Source of the DNA: Candidatus Falkowbacteria bacterium
Lineage (GTDB): Bacteria > Patescibacteriota > Patescibacteriia > UBA11705 > JABHMO01
NCBI GenBank assembly: GCA_018674305.1
Contig: JABHAL010000010.1
Coordinates: forward strand, 25,708-89,707
DNA: 64,000 bases
Direction: 5' to 3'
The translations under genes and the position numbers were made by a program. Positions within the stretch are counted from its first letter, which is position 1; each line of letters starts with the position of its first letter. The notes below the pieces were generated by a model. The model was not told the origin of the DNA and did not search any database. It saw nothing but the letters and a program-made list of their open reading frames with translations. Positions 1-9,157 of the stretch are shown here, piece by piece.

Positions 1-233
1 TCCTCAACTACTTCAACCGGAACATTTAATGATTTGCGAACCTCTTCTGCTGTTTCCCTGGCTCTTATTCTTGGACTGACAAAAATAACTTCAATTCCTT
101 TTCCCTGAAGTTGTTGGGCCAGTTTTTGAGACTGTTTTTTTCCTTTGTCGGTAAGATGATCATCATAATCACCGCCATACCGATCCTCGATGTCACCTGT
201 AGTTTCGCCGTGGCGGATTAGGTAAATTTTCAT
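1..233 (-). CDS. Histidine phosphatase family protein (3' end runs off the window)
   Basis: Manual translation from ATG at 233: MKIYLIRHGETTGDIEDRYGG...LTDKGKKQS...IFVSPRIRARETA; RHG catalytic motif and SP..RA motif; absent from the ORF track. Confidence 0.85.
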   Translation of the reverse strand, partial: MKIYLIRHGETTGDIEDRYGGDYDDHLTDKGKKQSQKLAQQLQGKGIEVIFVSPRIRARETAEEVRKSLNVPVEVVE

Positions 234-259
234 ATAATTTAACTTTTCATATTTTAACT

Positions 260-1207
260 TTAGAATCCCACATATTGAACCTCTTCTTCCAGCTGAACAC
301 CAAACTTATCACGTACTTTTGTTTTTACTAAACTAATGAGCTGCATTACGTTATCAGCTGTGGCATTATCGAAATTAACAATAAAATTTGCATGTACATC
401 AGAAATCATAGCTCCGCCGATCTTTTTGCCTTTTAACTCTAGTTCTTCGATAAATTTGGCGGCCGGCAACTTGCCTTTGATTTCCCAATCCTTATATTTT
501 TCCAATTCTGGCGTGTAAAGTAAATTCTTGAATGAACAGCCAGCGCTAGGTAGATTTAACGGTTGCGAACACATTCTTTTGTTCCATTCATCTTCAATTT
601 GCTCTAATTTCTCAGCTGCATTGGTATCAGCAATTAAACGAAAAACCACTTCCGCAATAATCCAATGTTTATTTTTCTTGAAAAGACTTTCTCGATAAGC
701 AAACTCACATTCTTCTTTACTCAAAACTATCAGACTAACCTCTTCGCCTTCGACATCAATAATCTCTACGCGGTCAACATAATCACCAGCTCCCTGACCA
801 TAAGCGCCAGCATTGCCATAAACCGCCCCGCCAACCGTACCAGGAATATTAGCTCCAAATTCTAATCCACCAAGTCCATGTTTCACGCTATCGCGAATAA
901 AACCTGACCAACTATTACCAGCAAATACTTTAGCACTAGAAGTGGAAAACTCTGTTTGCCCTTCGTCAAGCTTAATAACCAACCCGTCATAACCGTTATC
1001 TGAGACTAATACATTACTGCCACCACCCAAAATAAAAAAAGACAGTTTTAACTCACGAGCTGCTTTCACTGCCTTGTACAAATCAATCTTATTATTCACT
1101 TTAACCAAAAATTTGGCGGGTCCGCCAATTTTAAAAGTAGTATATTTTGCCAAAGGCTCATTTTCCAAAACCTCCAGTCCGATTTTTTGAGATAACTGCT
1201 GTTTCAT
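260..1207 (-). CDS. murB: UDP-N-acetylenolpyruvoylglucosamine reductase
   Basis: TTFKIGGPA, GGGSNVL, IPGTVGGAVYGNAGAYG, PSAGCSFKN, HANFIVN motifs; start placed at MKQQ (1207). Confidence 0.95.
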   Translation of the reverse strand: MKQQLSQKIGLEVLENEPLAKYTTFKIGGPAKFLVKVNNKIDLYKAVKAARELKLSFFILGGGSNVLVSDNGYDGLVIKLDEGQTEFSTSSAKVFAGNSWSGFIRDSVKHGLGGLEFGANIPGTVGGAVYGNAGAYGQGAGDYVDRVEIIDVEGEEVSLIVLSKEECEFAYRESLFKKNKHWIIAEVVFRLIADTNAAEKLEQIEDEWNKRMCSQPLNLPSAGCSFKNLLYTPELEKYKDWEIKGKLPAAKFIEELELKGKKIGGAMISDVHANFIVNFDNATADNVMQLISLVKTKVRDKFGVQLEEEVQYVGF

Positions 1208-1234
1208 AGTTACATTATAACAAAATCCTTCCAA

Positions 1235-1393
1235 TTAATCAAATTTCAACTTAACAGAGGTTTTGCCTGTTTTGGCATAACCCTTCGCTGATTTGGTTCT
1301 GGCTAATTGACCACTCAGTGAACCTGAAGACTTGGCAAATTTCTTCTTTTGTTGCTTTTTTGGCCGTCCCTTTTTACGTATTTGATCATCCAT
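1235..1393 (-). CDS. 52-aa basic protein with AT-hook-like KKGRPKK
   Basis: Manual translation MDDQIRKKGRPKKQQKKKFAKSSGSLSGQLARTKSAKGYAKTGKTSVKLKFD; fills the murC-murB gap on the same strand. Confidence 0.55.
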   Translation of the reverse strand: MDDQIRKKGRPKKQQKKKFAKSSGSLSGQLARTKSAKGYAKTGKTSVKLKFD

Positions 1394-1402
1394 ATATTCG
1401 TA

Positions 1403-2767
1403 TTAAATCTCACTCGCAAGCTTATAAATATCTCCAGCGCCCATCACCAAAACAACATCTTCATCCTGAATTATGGACTTGACCTTTACTCTCGCCTCCA
1501 TTAAATCTTCAGCATATTCAATTTGCTTCTTTGGATCATTTTGCTTAATTTTTTCAACCAAGTCCTTGGAGCTAATACTCTGTCCTTCTTCACGACCCGC
1601 GACATCATAAATTTCCGGAACAATAACAACATCAGCCAGATCAAAACTTTTCACAAAATCATCAAACAACTTTTTAGTTCGATCTCTTTGATGCGGTTGG
1701 AAGACTACAACAACCCTTCGGCCAGGTAAAAATTCACGAACAGCCTTGATTGTTTCCTGAATAGCGGTTGGGTGGTGAGCGTAGTCTGAGATTACTGTAT
1801 ACTTTTCATTCTTTATAACCTCGAACCTACGCCATATCCCCTTGAACTCACTAAGTGCTTGCTTAACTTTTCCAATTGGAACATCCAGAGACAACGCGTA
1901 AGCAATCGCGGCTAAGGCATTATAAATATTATAATCACCAGGAACATTTAACTCAAAATCACCGATATCCTGACTATAATAAACCACATTGAAGACTTGT
2001 TTTCCTGGTAACTTGCGAACATTATCAGCCCACACGTCTGCGCCACCGATTAATCCATATCTAATCAGCTTACATTTTGGTAAAATAAGATCTCGAATAT
2101 TAACATCATCATTATTATAAATTAATACATCATCCTGATCACGCAGACCGCTAATGTATTGCTGAAATGTTTGTTTAATATGATTTATATCTTTGTAAAA
2201 ATCTAAATGATCTTCTTCAATATTATTCAAAATAATTGTTTGCGGTTTCAAAAGCAACATGTGAGCTCGGTATTCACAAGCCTCCATAATTAATAGCTCC
2301 GATTGTCCGCAACGAAAATTCTTATCTAACTTATCAAAACATGACCCTAAAATTACACTAGGATCTTTTTGTGCGTCAATCAGCACTCCGGCCAGCATCG
2401 CAGTAGTTGTTGATTTACCATGTGTGCCAGAAACTGCCACAGTTTTATTTTCACGGCTAAGCTCACCCAAAACTTCGAAATAACTTTTTTGAGTAATACC
2501 CTGTTCTTTTGCTTTAATTCTTTCAGGATTATCATTGGGGACGGCGGATGAATACACAAACAAATCACAAGCATACGTAACATTCTCCGCTTTTTGCTCA
2601 TAATAAATTTTGATGCCCAGCTTTTCCAATGCTTCAGTTATTTCAGACTTTTCTACATCCGAACCAACAACTTCTACTCCATGACAATTAAAATACCGCG
2701 CCACAGCTGAAACGCCAATACCGCCTATTCCTGAAATGTAAACTTTTTTTATATTATCTGAATTCAT
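1403..2767 (-). CDS. murC: UDP-N-acetylmuramate--L-alanine ligase
   Basis: GIGGIGVS, SGTHGKSTTT, DHLDF, SDYAHHP, FQPH, MGAGDI motifs. Confidence 0.95.
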   Translation of the reverse strand: MNSDNIKKVYISGIGGIGVSAVARYFNCHGVEVVGSDVEKSEITEALEKLGIKIYYEQKAENVTYACDLFVYSSAVPNDNPERIKAKEQGITQKSYFEVLGELSRENKTVAVSGTHGKSTTTAMLAGVLIDAQKDPSVILGSCFDKLDKNFRCGQSELLIMEACEYRAHMLLLKPQTIILNNIEEDHLDFYKDINHIKQTFQQYISGLRDQDDVLIYNNDDVNIRDLILPKCKLIRYGLIGGADVWADNVRKLPGKQVFNVVYYSQDIGDFELNVPGDYNIYNALAAIAYALSLDVPIGKVKQALSEFKGIWRRFEVIKNEKYTVISDYAHHPTAIQETIKAVREFLPGRRVVVVFQPHQRDRTKKLFDDFVKSFDLADVVIVPEIYDVAGREEGQSISSKDLVEKIKQNDPKKQIEYAEDLMEARVKVKSIIQDEDVVLVMGAGDIYKLASEI

Positions 2768-2768
2768 A

Positions 2769-3422
2769 CTAATTGATTTGTTTTGTATTTTCTTTGAACC
2801 AGGACAGTGACACGTAATTTATGTCAGTTTTGCTATCTACGTTATGAGCAACACACAAGTCTCCAGATGAATCTATAAGAAAACCAGTAACTATCCAAGT
2901 GTCAACTTGAACAGCATCTTCGTATTGATATTTTTCACCAATCACAATACCATCAAATTCATTCTTTGCCAAGTAGTACTCTTTACTATTTTCATAAAAC
3001 GGAACATCCGATTCTTTTAATACAGCACCAGGAGAAGTTATTAATACAGACCCATTCTGTCCTGGAAATTTTATAGCGATCTCGTCACTCTCTAATCTAA
3101 GAATAGTGCACCGAATCCACTTTGTAGCATTCCTATAATAAACAATATCTTCAACTGTAATTTCTTCGTCAAACTTAAGATCTTCTATTTTCACCACCTT
3201 TGTCTCAATAAACTCAACAATCTCCTCTTTCTTGGCGATGTAATCGCGCATAACTTGAAGTGCTTCATTGTCACCGGCCTCAGCTTTCTCTTTCAGTTCA
3301 GCAAATCCAAGACCACCTGAGATTTCTTCCAACTCTGACATTAATTTATCAAAATGCACTTGCTGAACTTCGGTGAAGTTAGCTTTGAGGGATTTCTCGG
3401 TTAGTTGTTCTATGCTTTTCAT
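2769..3422 (-). CDS. Constant-N/variable-C family paralog 1 (hypothetical)
   Basis: Shares ~75-aa N-terminus (SLKANF..QQ.HFDKLMSELE.ISGGLGFAELKEKAEAG..EALQVMRDYI.KKEEIVEFIE) with six other ORFs. Confidence 0.85.
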   Translation of the reverse strand: MKSIEQLTEKSLKANFTEVQQVHFDKLMSELEEISGGLGFAELKEKAEAGDNEALQVMRDYIAKKEEIVEFIETKVVKIEDLKFDEEITVEDIVYYRNATKWIRCTILRLESDEIAIKFPGQNGSVLITSPGAVLKESDVPFYENSKEYYLAKNEFDGIVIGEKYQYEDAVQVDTWIVTGFLIDSSGDLCVAHNVDSKTDINYVSLSWFKENTKQIN

Positions 3423-3465
3423 ATTTGATATTTTTTAGTAGGTATTGGTTATTGGGTATTAGAAA

Positions 3466-3568
3466 TTTTACTCGTTACTGTTCTCGTCCCGCATAGCGGG
3501 ATCCCGTTTGCGGGAGATTTAACATACTTAGTATTGCTTCTCTGCGTAGCGGAGTCCGCTATGCGGAC
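3466..3568. repeat. Intergenic repeat copy 1: inverted doublet of GC-rich palindromes (REP/BIME-like)
   Basis: ~100 bp nearly identical to 4277-4379; contains GTCCCGCATAGCGGGATCCCGTTTGCGGGA and TCTGCGTAGCGGAGTCCGCTATGCGGAC. Confidence 0.85.
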
Positions 3569-3580
3569 GTGATTCATAGA

Positions 3581-4222
3581 CTATTCTACTTTTTTAAATC
3601 TATTATTAAAAGATTGTACATCTTCATTAAAAATATCATTATTTACCTTTATTTCAAAATCAAATACCCACAAAACATGAGCTATTCCAGATTGAATAGT
3701 AAAACCAACAATTTTTACCGGCCGAGCCCTGTCTGACTTCTCTATAAAATTATCACCAATCGAGTGTTCGTATAAATCTCTACTAGCTAACAACTTTGCT
3801 TCTCCAAATTGAAGAGTTTTAACGCTACGACTTGATTCCTTTAGCACAAAGCCTATGGGAGTTGTATGTTTTCCTATTGTCTCAGATAAAAACTCAACAT
3901 TATTCCCATCAATGCTTTCAACTGTACCCTTTTCAAATGTTTTACGTCCATAGGATGGAAACATGTAAACAATATCACCAATTTTTATTTTTATTTTCTT
4001 TGTTTCAATAAACTCAACAATCTCCTCTTTCTTGGCGATATAATCGCGCATAACTTGAAGTGCTTCTTTGTCACCGGCTTCAGCTTTCTCTTTCAGTTCA
4101 GCAAATCCAAGCCCACCTGAGATTTCTTCCAACTCAGACATTAATTTATCAAAATGCGCTTGCTGAACTTCGGTGAAGTTAGCTTTGAGTGAATTTTCAG
4201 TTAGTTGTTCTATGCTTTTCAT
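3581..4222 (-). CDS. Constant-N/variable-C family paralog 2
   Basis: 5' ~224 bp differ from paralog 1 at 11 positions by my count; C-terminus divergent, with KIGDIVYM KOW/SH3-like start. Confidence 0.85.
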   Translation of the reverse strand: MKSIEQLTENSLKANFTEVQQAHFDKLMSELEEISGGLGFAELKEKAEAGDKEALQVMRDYIAKKEEIVEFIETKKIKIKIGDIVYMFPSYGRKTFEKGTVESIDGNNVEFLSETIGKHTTPIGFVLKESSRSVKTLQFGEAKLLASRDLYEHSIGDNFIEKSDRARPVKIVGFTIQSGIAHVLWVFDFEIKVNNDIFNEDVQSFNNRFKKVE

Positions 4223-4276
4223 GAGGATTAACTATTGGTTATTGTGTATTGGTTATTGGGTATTGGGTATTGGGTA

Positions 4277-4379
4277 TTTTATTCGTTATTGTTCTCGTCC
4301 CGCATAGCGGGATCCCGTTTGCGGGAGATTTAACATACTTAGTATTGCTTCTCCGCGTAGCGGAGTCCGCTGTGCGGAC
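4277..4379. repeat. Intergenic repeat copy 2 (REP/BIME-like), adjoining TATTGGG 7-mer run at 4233-4280
   Basis: Near-identical to 3466-3568. Confidence 0.85.
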
Positions 4380-4390
4380 AAATTTCATAA

Positions 4391-5155
4391 TTATTCATTG
4401 TCTTTTTCTAATACTTCAAAATATTCTGCAACCTTGTCAGTGTTTACCATAATCATCTTTGCAAATGGAAGGCCTTGACCAACGTTAAACATAATTTTTA
4501 CCAATATTTCAAAACCACTCTTTTGTATTTGATCTCCTCGCGGAACTGCAAATCTTTCTATTTCAACATCTTTCACGTCAATGGCCTCAATATGCCAAGG
4601 TAACTCTGGGCAGAACTCTTTAGCCATCGATTGATCAAGAAACTTTAATTTTTGCCCGACCCACAATCCATAATATTTATTTCTTTCAAACACCTCTACA
4701 AAACCTACATTTTCTACATTTATCTCATTTCCTGAAGTTTTAAAAAGCTGATCTTTGTTAACAGGGAGACTAAATCCTTCTTTCTCACCTTCCAATTTAA
4801 TATGAATTATATCAACGACGTCTGAATCTTTCCGAATGATTTCACATTTTTGCCAGACACTGTCCCTATAAATCTGGGCCTGGTCACCAGGGTGTAATTC
4901 AACTTCTTCAAATTTTCCACCCGGAAATTCCTTCTTCTCAATAAACTCAACTATCTGCTCTTTCTTGGCGATGTAATCACGCATTACTTGTAGTGCTTCT
5001 CGATCACCGTCCTCAGCTTTTTCTTTCAGTTCAGCAAAACCAAGTCCACCTGAAACTTGTTCTAACTCAGACATTAATTTATCAAAACGCGCTTGCTGAA
5101 CTTCGTCGAAGTTAGCTTTCAAAGATTTTGATTGTAGTTCAGAGTCGAAATTCAT
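4391..5155 (-). CDS. Constant-N/variable-C family paralog 3
   Basis: Same N-terminal block; LHPGDQAQI and LWVGQKL beta-barrel starts. Confidence 0.85.
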   Translation of the reverse strand: MNFDSELQSKSLKANFDEVQQARFDKLMSELEQVSGGLGFAELKEKAEDGDREALQVMRDYIAKKEQIVEFIEKKEFPGGKFEEVELHPGDQAQIYRDSVWQKCEIIRKDSDVVDIIHIKLEGEKEGFSLPVNKDQLFKTSGNEINVENVGFVEVFERNKYYGLWVGQKLKFLDQSMAKEFCPELPWHIEAIDVKDVEIERFAVPRGDQIQKSGFEILVKIMFNVGQGLPFAKMIMVNTDKVAEYFEVLEKDNE

Positions 5156-5161
5156 AATAAA

Positions 5162-5899
5162 TTATTTTTTTATAGCTTTTTTCAGTTTCTCAATATCATA
5201 AGAGCAAGCAAAACTCAGTGATCCTCCAGTAACAGTATTGAAATCAAAATGAACGAGAGCTAAAAGCTTATCTGGCAGACTACTATTAAAAAAAACTCTT
5301 AAAATTTTTGCGGTTTTAAGTTCATGCTTCTCAAAATCCTTCCTTACACCCTTATCCAAAACGCCCTGAATATCAAAATCATTAGGATCTATCTGGTATT
5401 TTTGAAGTAATTTTAATCCGAAAATCGACTTCACATCAAAATTATAAACAATATCGCCAACTGACATTTCTTCAGTTTTTTGAACTTTTATCAAGTCTTT
5501 TTTTAAAATCCACGGCTCCGCTACCCCGTTAACCCCTGTTCTTATTTTAATCAAATTACCGTTAGCTTCAATATCAATAACTGGACAAATCTTACCATGA
5601 TGACCAGCCCCTGGTTTCCAAAACATAACTTTGTCAAGCACTTCAATATCACATTCCCATGTTATTGGCACCTCCTTATTTTCAATAAACTCAACAACCT
5701 CCTCTTTCTTGACGATATAATTGCGCATAACTTGCAAGGCATCTTTATCACCGCCCTCAGCTTTCTCTTTCAGTTCAGCAAAACCAAGTCCACCTGAAAC
5801 TTGTTCTAACTCAGACATTAGTTTATCAAAATGTCGCTGTTGGCGTTCATCAAAGTTTGCTTTGAGAGATTTCTCTTGTAATTGTTCTAGAGTTTTCAT
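5162..5899 (-). CDS. Constant-N/variable-C family paralog 4
   Basis: Same N-terminal block; divergent C-terminus. Confidence 0.85.
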   Translation of the reverse strand: MKTLEQLQEKSLKANFDERQQRHFDKLMSELEQVSGGLGFAELKEKAEGGDKDALQVMRNYIVKKEEVVEFIENKEVPITWECDIEVLDKVMFWKPGAGHHGKICPVIDIEANGNLIKIRTGVNGVAEPWILKKDLIKVQKTEEMSVGDIVYNFDVKSIFGLKLLQKYQIDPNDFDIQGVLDKGVRKDFEKHELKTAKILRVFFNSSLPDKLLALVHFDFNTVTGGSLSFACSYDIEKLKKAIKK

Positions 5900-6031
5900 A
5901 TTTTAAGTATTCCCACAACCTGAAACTGGGGGAAATGTATTTTGTAGTTGTTACATGTTACATGATTTATGATACATGATTTCCACTTATTTTTCAACAA
6001 AAAAATCCTTACTTTGAGTAAGGACTGTGTA

Positions 6032-6649
6032 TTATTTCTCTAAATTACTTAAATCAGTTTTTAATCGCAGAATTTCTGCGCTCATTGCATCACGTAGCTT
6101 TTCAATTACCTTGAGAATGGTTTGATAAACCATATCTTCATCTTGATTACACTTTTTCCTAGCAATCGCCTTGTTCTTCACAGAAGCTGCTTTTATGTGA
6201 ACCATACCGTAAAAAACATCACAGTATTGCACAAAAAATGTCATATCGTTGAGTGCATTTTTCAGAACGGCTTTCTTTTCCTCAACTGATAACTCCTTCT
6301 TACAGACTGGTGCCCAGTCAATATCTGGATACAAGGCCTCCACTGCCCGTTCATTAACTTTGGTTGCCTGTTCAAAATATCGATACAATAAAGTCATCCC
6401 AGCGTTAATCTCGTCATTGGAAGGACTTCTGTTTATACCGATCAGTAACGGATTTTCTTTTGTCGGCTTTTTGATCTGAGCCTGTGCTTCTGGTACAGCT
6501 ACAAACAAAACTGAAATTGCCAAAAACATAAACGCCAGTATTACCAACACAAAGTAGAAAAACGAGAATGAAACTGGCGAGTAATCAACATCCATGGCTC
6601 GGGCAACTCGCGAACTGCGTCGCATTTCAAAACGCTTGTAGTAACTCAT
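6032..6649 (-). CDS. Orphan membrane-anchored/secreted protein
   Basis: 205-aa ORF with basic N-terminus then hydrophobic helix; SD GAGGT; own promoter and terminator (5998-6027). Confidence 0.7.
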   Translation of the reverse strand: MSYYKRFEMRRSSRVARAMDVDYSPVSFSFFYFVLVILAFMFLAISVLFVAVPEAQAQIKKPTKENPLLIGINRSPSNDEINAGMTLLYRYFEQATKVNERAVEALYPDIDWAPVCKKELSVEEKKAVLKNALNDMTFFVQYCDVFYGMVHIKAASVKNKAIARKKCNQDEDMVYQTILKVIEKLRDAMSAEILRLKTDLSNLEK

Positions 6650-6683
6650 GACTCAACCTCATATTTGAATGAACTAAGGTCTT

Positions 6684-6712
6684 AATTTAGCATAGGCTTA
6701 TATCTTTGTCAA
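6684..6712 (-). promoter_or_regulatory. Sigma70-type promoter
   Basis: TTGACA-17nt-TAAATT with TG extension; followed by GTTCATTCAAA and SD. Confidence 0.65.
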
Positions 6713-6762
6713 CTGAAACAAGGACCAAAAAAGACCTCAAAATAGAAGTCCTGAATATTTTT

Positions 6763-7479
6763 TTATTTTAACTTCGCAACCGTCACTATATTTAAACCTC
6801 GTAACCACGAGCTCTTCTTTCCTGGCCGATCCGGATCATTCTTCGCGCTGTAATAGTTTTTGGTCACTGTAAATCCGTTTTTCTGAAGTAATCTTTTAAT
6901 TCTTCCTTTTGTAAATGCGTAATAATAGAGTGGAACGTCGACGCCTGTGGTTTTCCAATGAGTTGTAACTCCACGCTCACCAAAAAGAATCATGGCCAGC
7001 GAAACATTTTTCCAGATTGATTTTAAATTATCTCGATTCCAAAGATTCCAGTTTACCATCAACAGTTTTCCACCCGGTTTCAACAATCTTTTCACATTTT
7101 CTATGACAGACTGTTGATTATCCTTTGGAAAATGGTTCAAAGAAGAAACCATGAAGATAACGTCAAATTTCTTAATACCCAATTCACAATCCCCAATATC
7201 CAATACATCACAAACTTCAAATTTCTGATCAGGATATGATTTTTGTGCCTGTTTAATCAACCCTTCACTATTATCAATACCTAAATAACTTATACTTTCA
7301 CCTTTTACCTGTAAACTTTCCACTAGCCGCCCATTTCCACAACCCAAATCAAGAATGTTATCGCCATCCTTGATATTTTTTGCCAAAAAGGAAATATCAC
7401 CCCAAACATAACCACGAGTGCTAGAAAATAATTCCGCAATCTTATTGTAACTTTGCTTATTTTGTTCGATTAGATCCAT
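6763..7479 (-). CDS. Class I SAM methyltransferase, Trm9/ALKBH8-like
   Basis: ILDLGCGNGR motif I; N-terminal YNKIAELFSSTRGYVW resembles the Trm9 Y..IA..FS.TR...W signature. Confidence 0.75.
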   Translation of the reverse strand: MDLIEQNKQSYNKIAELFSSTRGYVWGDISFLAKNIKDGDNILDLGCGNGRLVESLQVKGESISYLGIDNSEGLIKQAQKSYPDQKFEVCDVLDIGDCELGIKKFDVIFMVSSLNHFPKDNQQSVIENVKRLLKPGGKLLMVNWNLWNRDNLKSIWKNVSLAMILFGERGVTTHWKTTGVDVPLYYYAFTKGRIKRLLQKNGFTVTKNYYSAKNDPDRPGKKSSWLRGLNIVTVAKLK

Positions 7480-7558
7480 ATTGAATAAATATCAAATTTA
7501 AGCTATTATAGTAATGTTACTAAATTCTTAATTCATACTTCATAATTCACAATAGTGT

Positions 7559-8644
7559 ATGTCAAAATCAAAAAAACTTCAAGTACTATGCATCGTTCTA
7601 ATTATGACAGCTTTGCCAATTTTAGCAAGCGCAGCTGGCTTTCATTCAGGAAAAATTTATTTACAAGTAGAATCTAATGGCGAAGCCTGGTACATTAATC
7701 CAACCAGCAACAACCGCTACTATTTAGGTCGACCTGATGATGCCTTTGCAATTATGCGTGGACTTGGCCTAGGAATCACCAATGAAAATCTAAAACAAAT
7801 CCCAATTGGCCTAATCAATATTTCTGGTAATGACAATGATCTTGATGGCCTGGGCAATGATTTGGAAACTGCCATTGGAACAGATTACAACAATCCAGAT
7901 ACCGATGGTGATGACTTTTTAGACAAATCGGAAGTCGAAAGTTGGAATAATCCAAATGGTGAAGGGGCACTACCTGTAAACAATGCTTTGATTAATAACC
8001 TAAAAGGACGCATTCTACTTCAAGTTGAAAACAACGGCGAAGCCTGGTACCTAAACCCAAACGACAACAAGCGTTACTTTCTTGGACGACCGCAAAGTGC
8101 CTTTGAAATAATGCGGCAACTAGGAATTGGCATTACCAATGCTAACCTAAACCAAATTCCATCCAGCTACGTCAAAGCTGAAAAAGAAATTTCAGAACAT
8201 TATAGTATTGATTATCCGAACAGTTGGAATTTCTCACAAAACTTGCAACACTCAGACGCAGTTTATAACAAAATGACAATTGTTCACGATTCTTTATTTG
8301 AATTTTCTACCGGTGCCGGTTATTTGGAAATCCTAACCCTAGAGTCCGGAAAAGATTACACTCTGGGCGATTTCAACGTTTCCGCCAAGACAGGCGCTGA
8401 AAAAATTTACAATGAAGATTTCGTACTTGAAGTAAAGCCAGTAAAAAAACAAAAATTTAAATATCAAACACTTGTAGAATACAAAACCGAAACATTTGAT
8501 AAGGGTGCAAAGCTGTATGCCGATATAATGATCAACACACACAAGTTCATTCATATGCATATGGCAATCTTTAACGAGACTGACGTTAAACTTTACGAAG
8601 ATTATTTTAATGATATTATAAAAGACTTAAAGTTAGTTTATTAA
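7559..8644 (+). CDS. Secreted surface protein with duplicated LQVE..GEAWY repeat, Asp-rich Ca-binding motif and PsbP-like C-terminus
   Basis: Signal peptide; two copies of G(K/R)I.LQVE.NGEAWY.NP....RY.LGRP..AF.IMR.LG.GITN.NL.QIP; DNDLDGLGN and DTDGDDFLD. Confidence 0.75.
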   Translation: MSKSKKLQVLCIVLIMTALPILASAAGFHSGKIYLQVESNGEAWYINPTSNNRYYLGRPDDAFAIMRGLGLGITNENLKQIPIGLINISGNDNDLDGLGNDLETAIGTDYNNPDTDGDDFLDKSEVESWNNPNGEGALPVNNALINNLKGRILLQVENNGEAWYLNPNDNKRYFLGRPQSAFEIMRQLGIGITNANLNQIPSSYVKAEKEISEHYSIDYPNSWNFSQNLQHSDAVYNKMTIVHDSLFEFSTGAGYLEILTLESGKDYTLGDFNVSAKTGAEKIYNEDFVLEVKPVKKQKFKYQTLVEYKTETFDKGAKLYADIMINTHKFIHMHMAIFNETDVKLYEDYFNDIIKDLKLVY

Positions 8645-8700
8645 GAAAAAATAAGGCTACACAAGGCTATACGAGGCAACAAGGCTCAACTGTGTAATGT

Positions 8701-9090
8701 ATGAACAAAGCAAACAGTAAAAATTTAGGTGGTCATACTAAGATGGTTGTTTGGCAAAGCATCGAACAACTTGATGACATCGTGCAGGACATTTTAATGT
8801 GTATCCCTAAAAACAAATACAAAATATATAACCAACTAGAAAGCTCAAACGATTCTGTCGCCTCAAACTTTGTTGAGGGATACTATTCCGGTTATCTCGG
8901 TGAATATATTAAATTTCTAAAATACAGTAGACGTTCAGGTGCTGAAGTCTATACTCGTGGAAGAAGAGTTTATAAACACAAATATTTTGGAGACAATCTA
9001 TATAAAAAGTTTGAAGAACGCTGCGTAAAAACCATGTATTTAATTGACAGAACAAGACAATCTCTCGAAAAGAAACGTAATCAATTATAA
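8701..9090 (+). CDS. Four helix bundle protein (S23-IVS/Avd-like family)
   Basis: VWQ...QLESSNDSVASNFVEGY....EYIKFLKYSRRS.AE pattern; flanked by inverted ~9-nt repeats. Confidence 0.8.
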   Translation: MNKANSKNLGGHTKMVVWQSIEQLDDIVQDILMCIPKNKYKIYNQLESSNDSVASNFVEGYYSGYLGEYIKFLKYSRRSGAEVYTRGRRVYKHKYFGDNLYKKFEERCVKTMYLIDRTRQSLEKKRNQL

Positions 9091-9157
9091 CTTTTGTTGC
9101 CCTCCTATTTCTCTGTCCCCCGTTCCCTTTTCTAGCCCTGTTTAGCCCTGTTGTCCT

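Noticed and set aside
3466-4379. CRISPR array or integron attC sites
   Set aside because: Only two copies separated by a whole gene; no cas or integron integrase; no clear attC core sites
4249-4452. 67-aa plus-strand ORF MVIGYWVLGIL
   Set aside because: Translation of the 7-mer and palindromic repeat, antisense to the array
2769-5899. Diversity-generating retroelement as the source of paralog variation
   Set aside because: No reverse transcriptase in the window, no template/variable repeat pair differing only at adenines, and C-termini differ by indels and overall divergence
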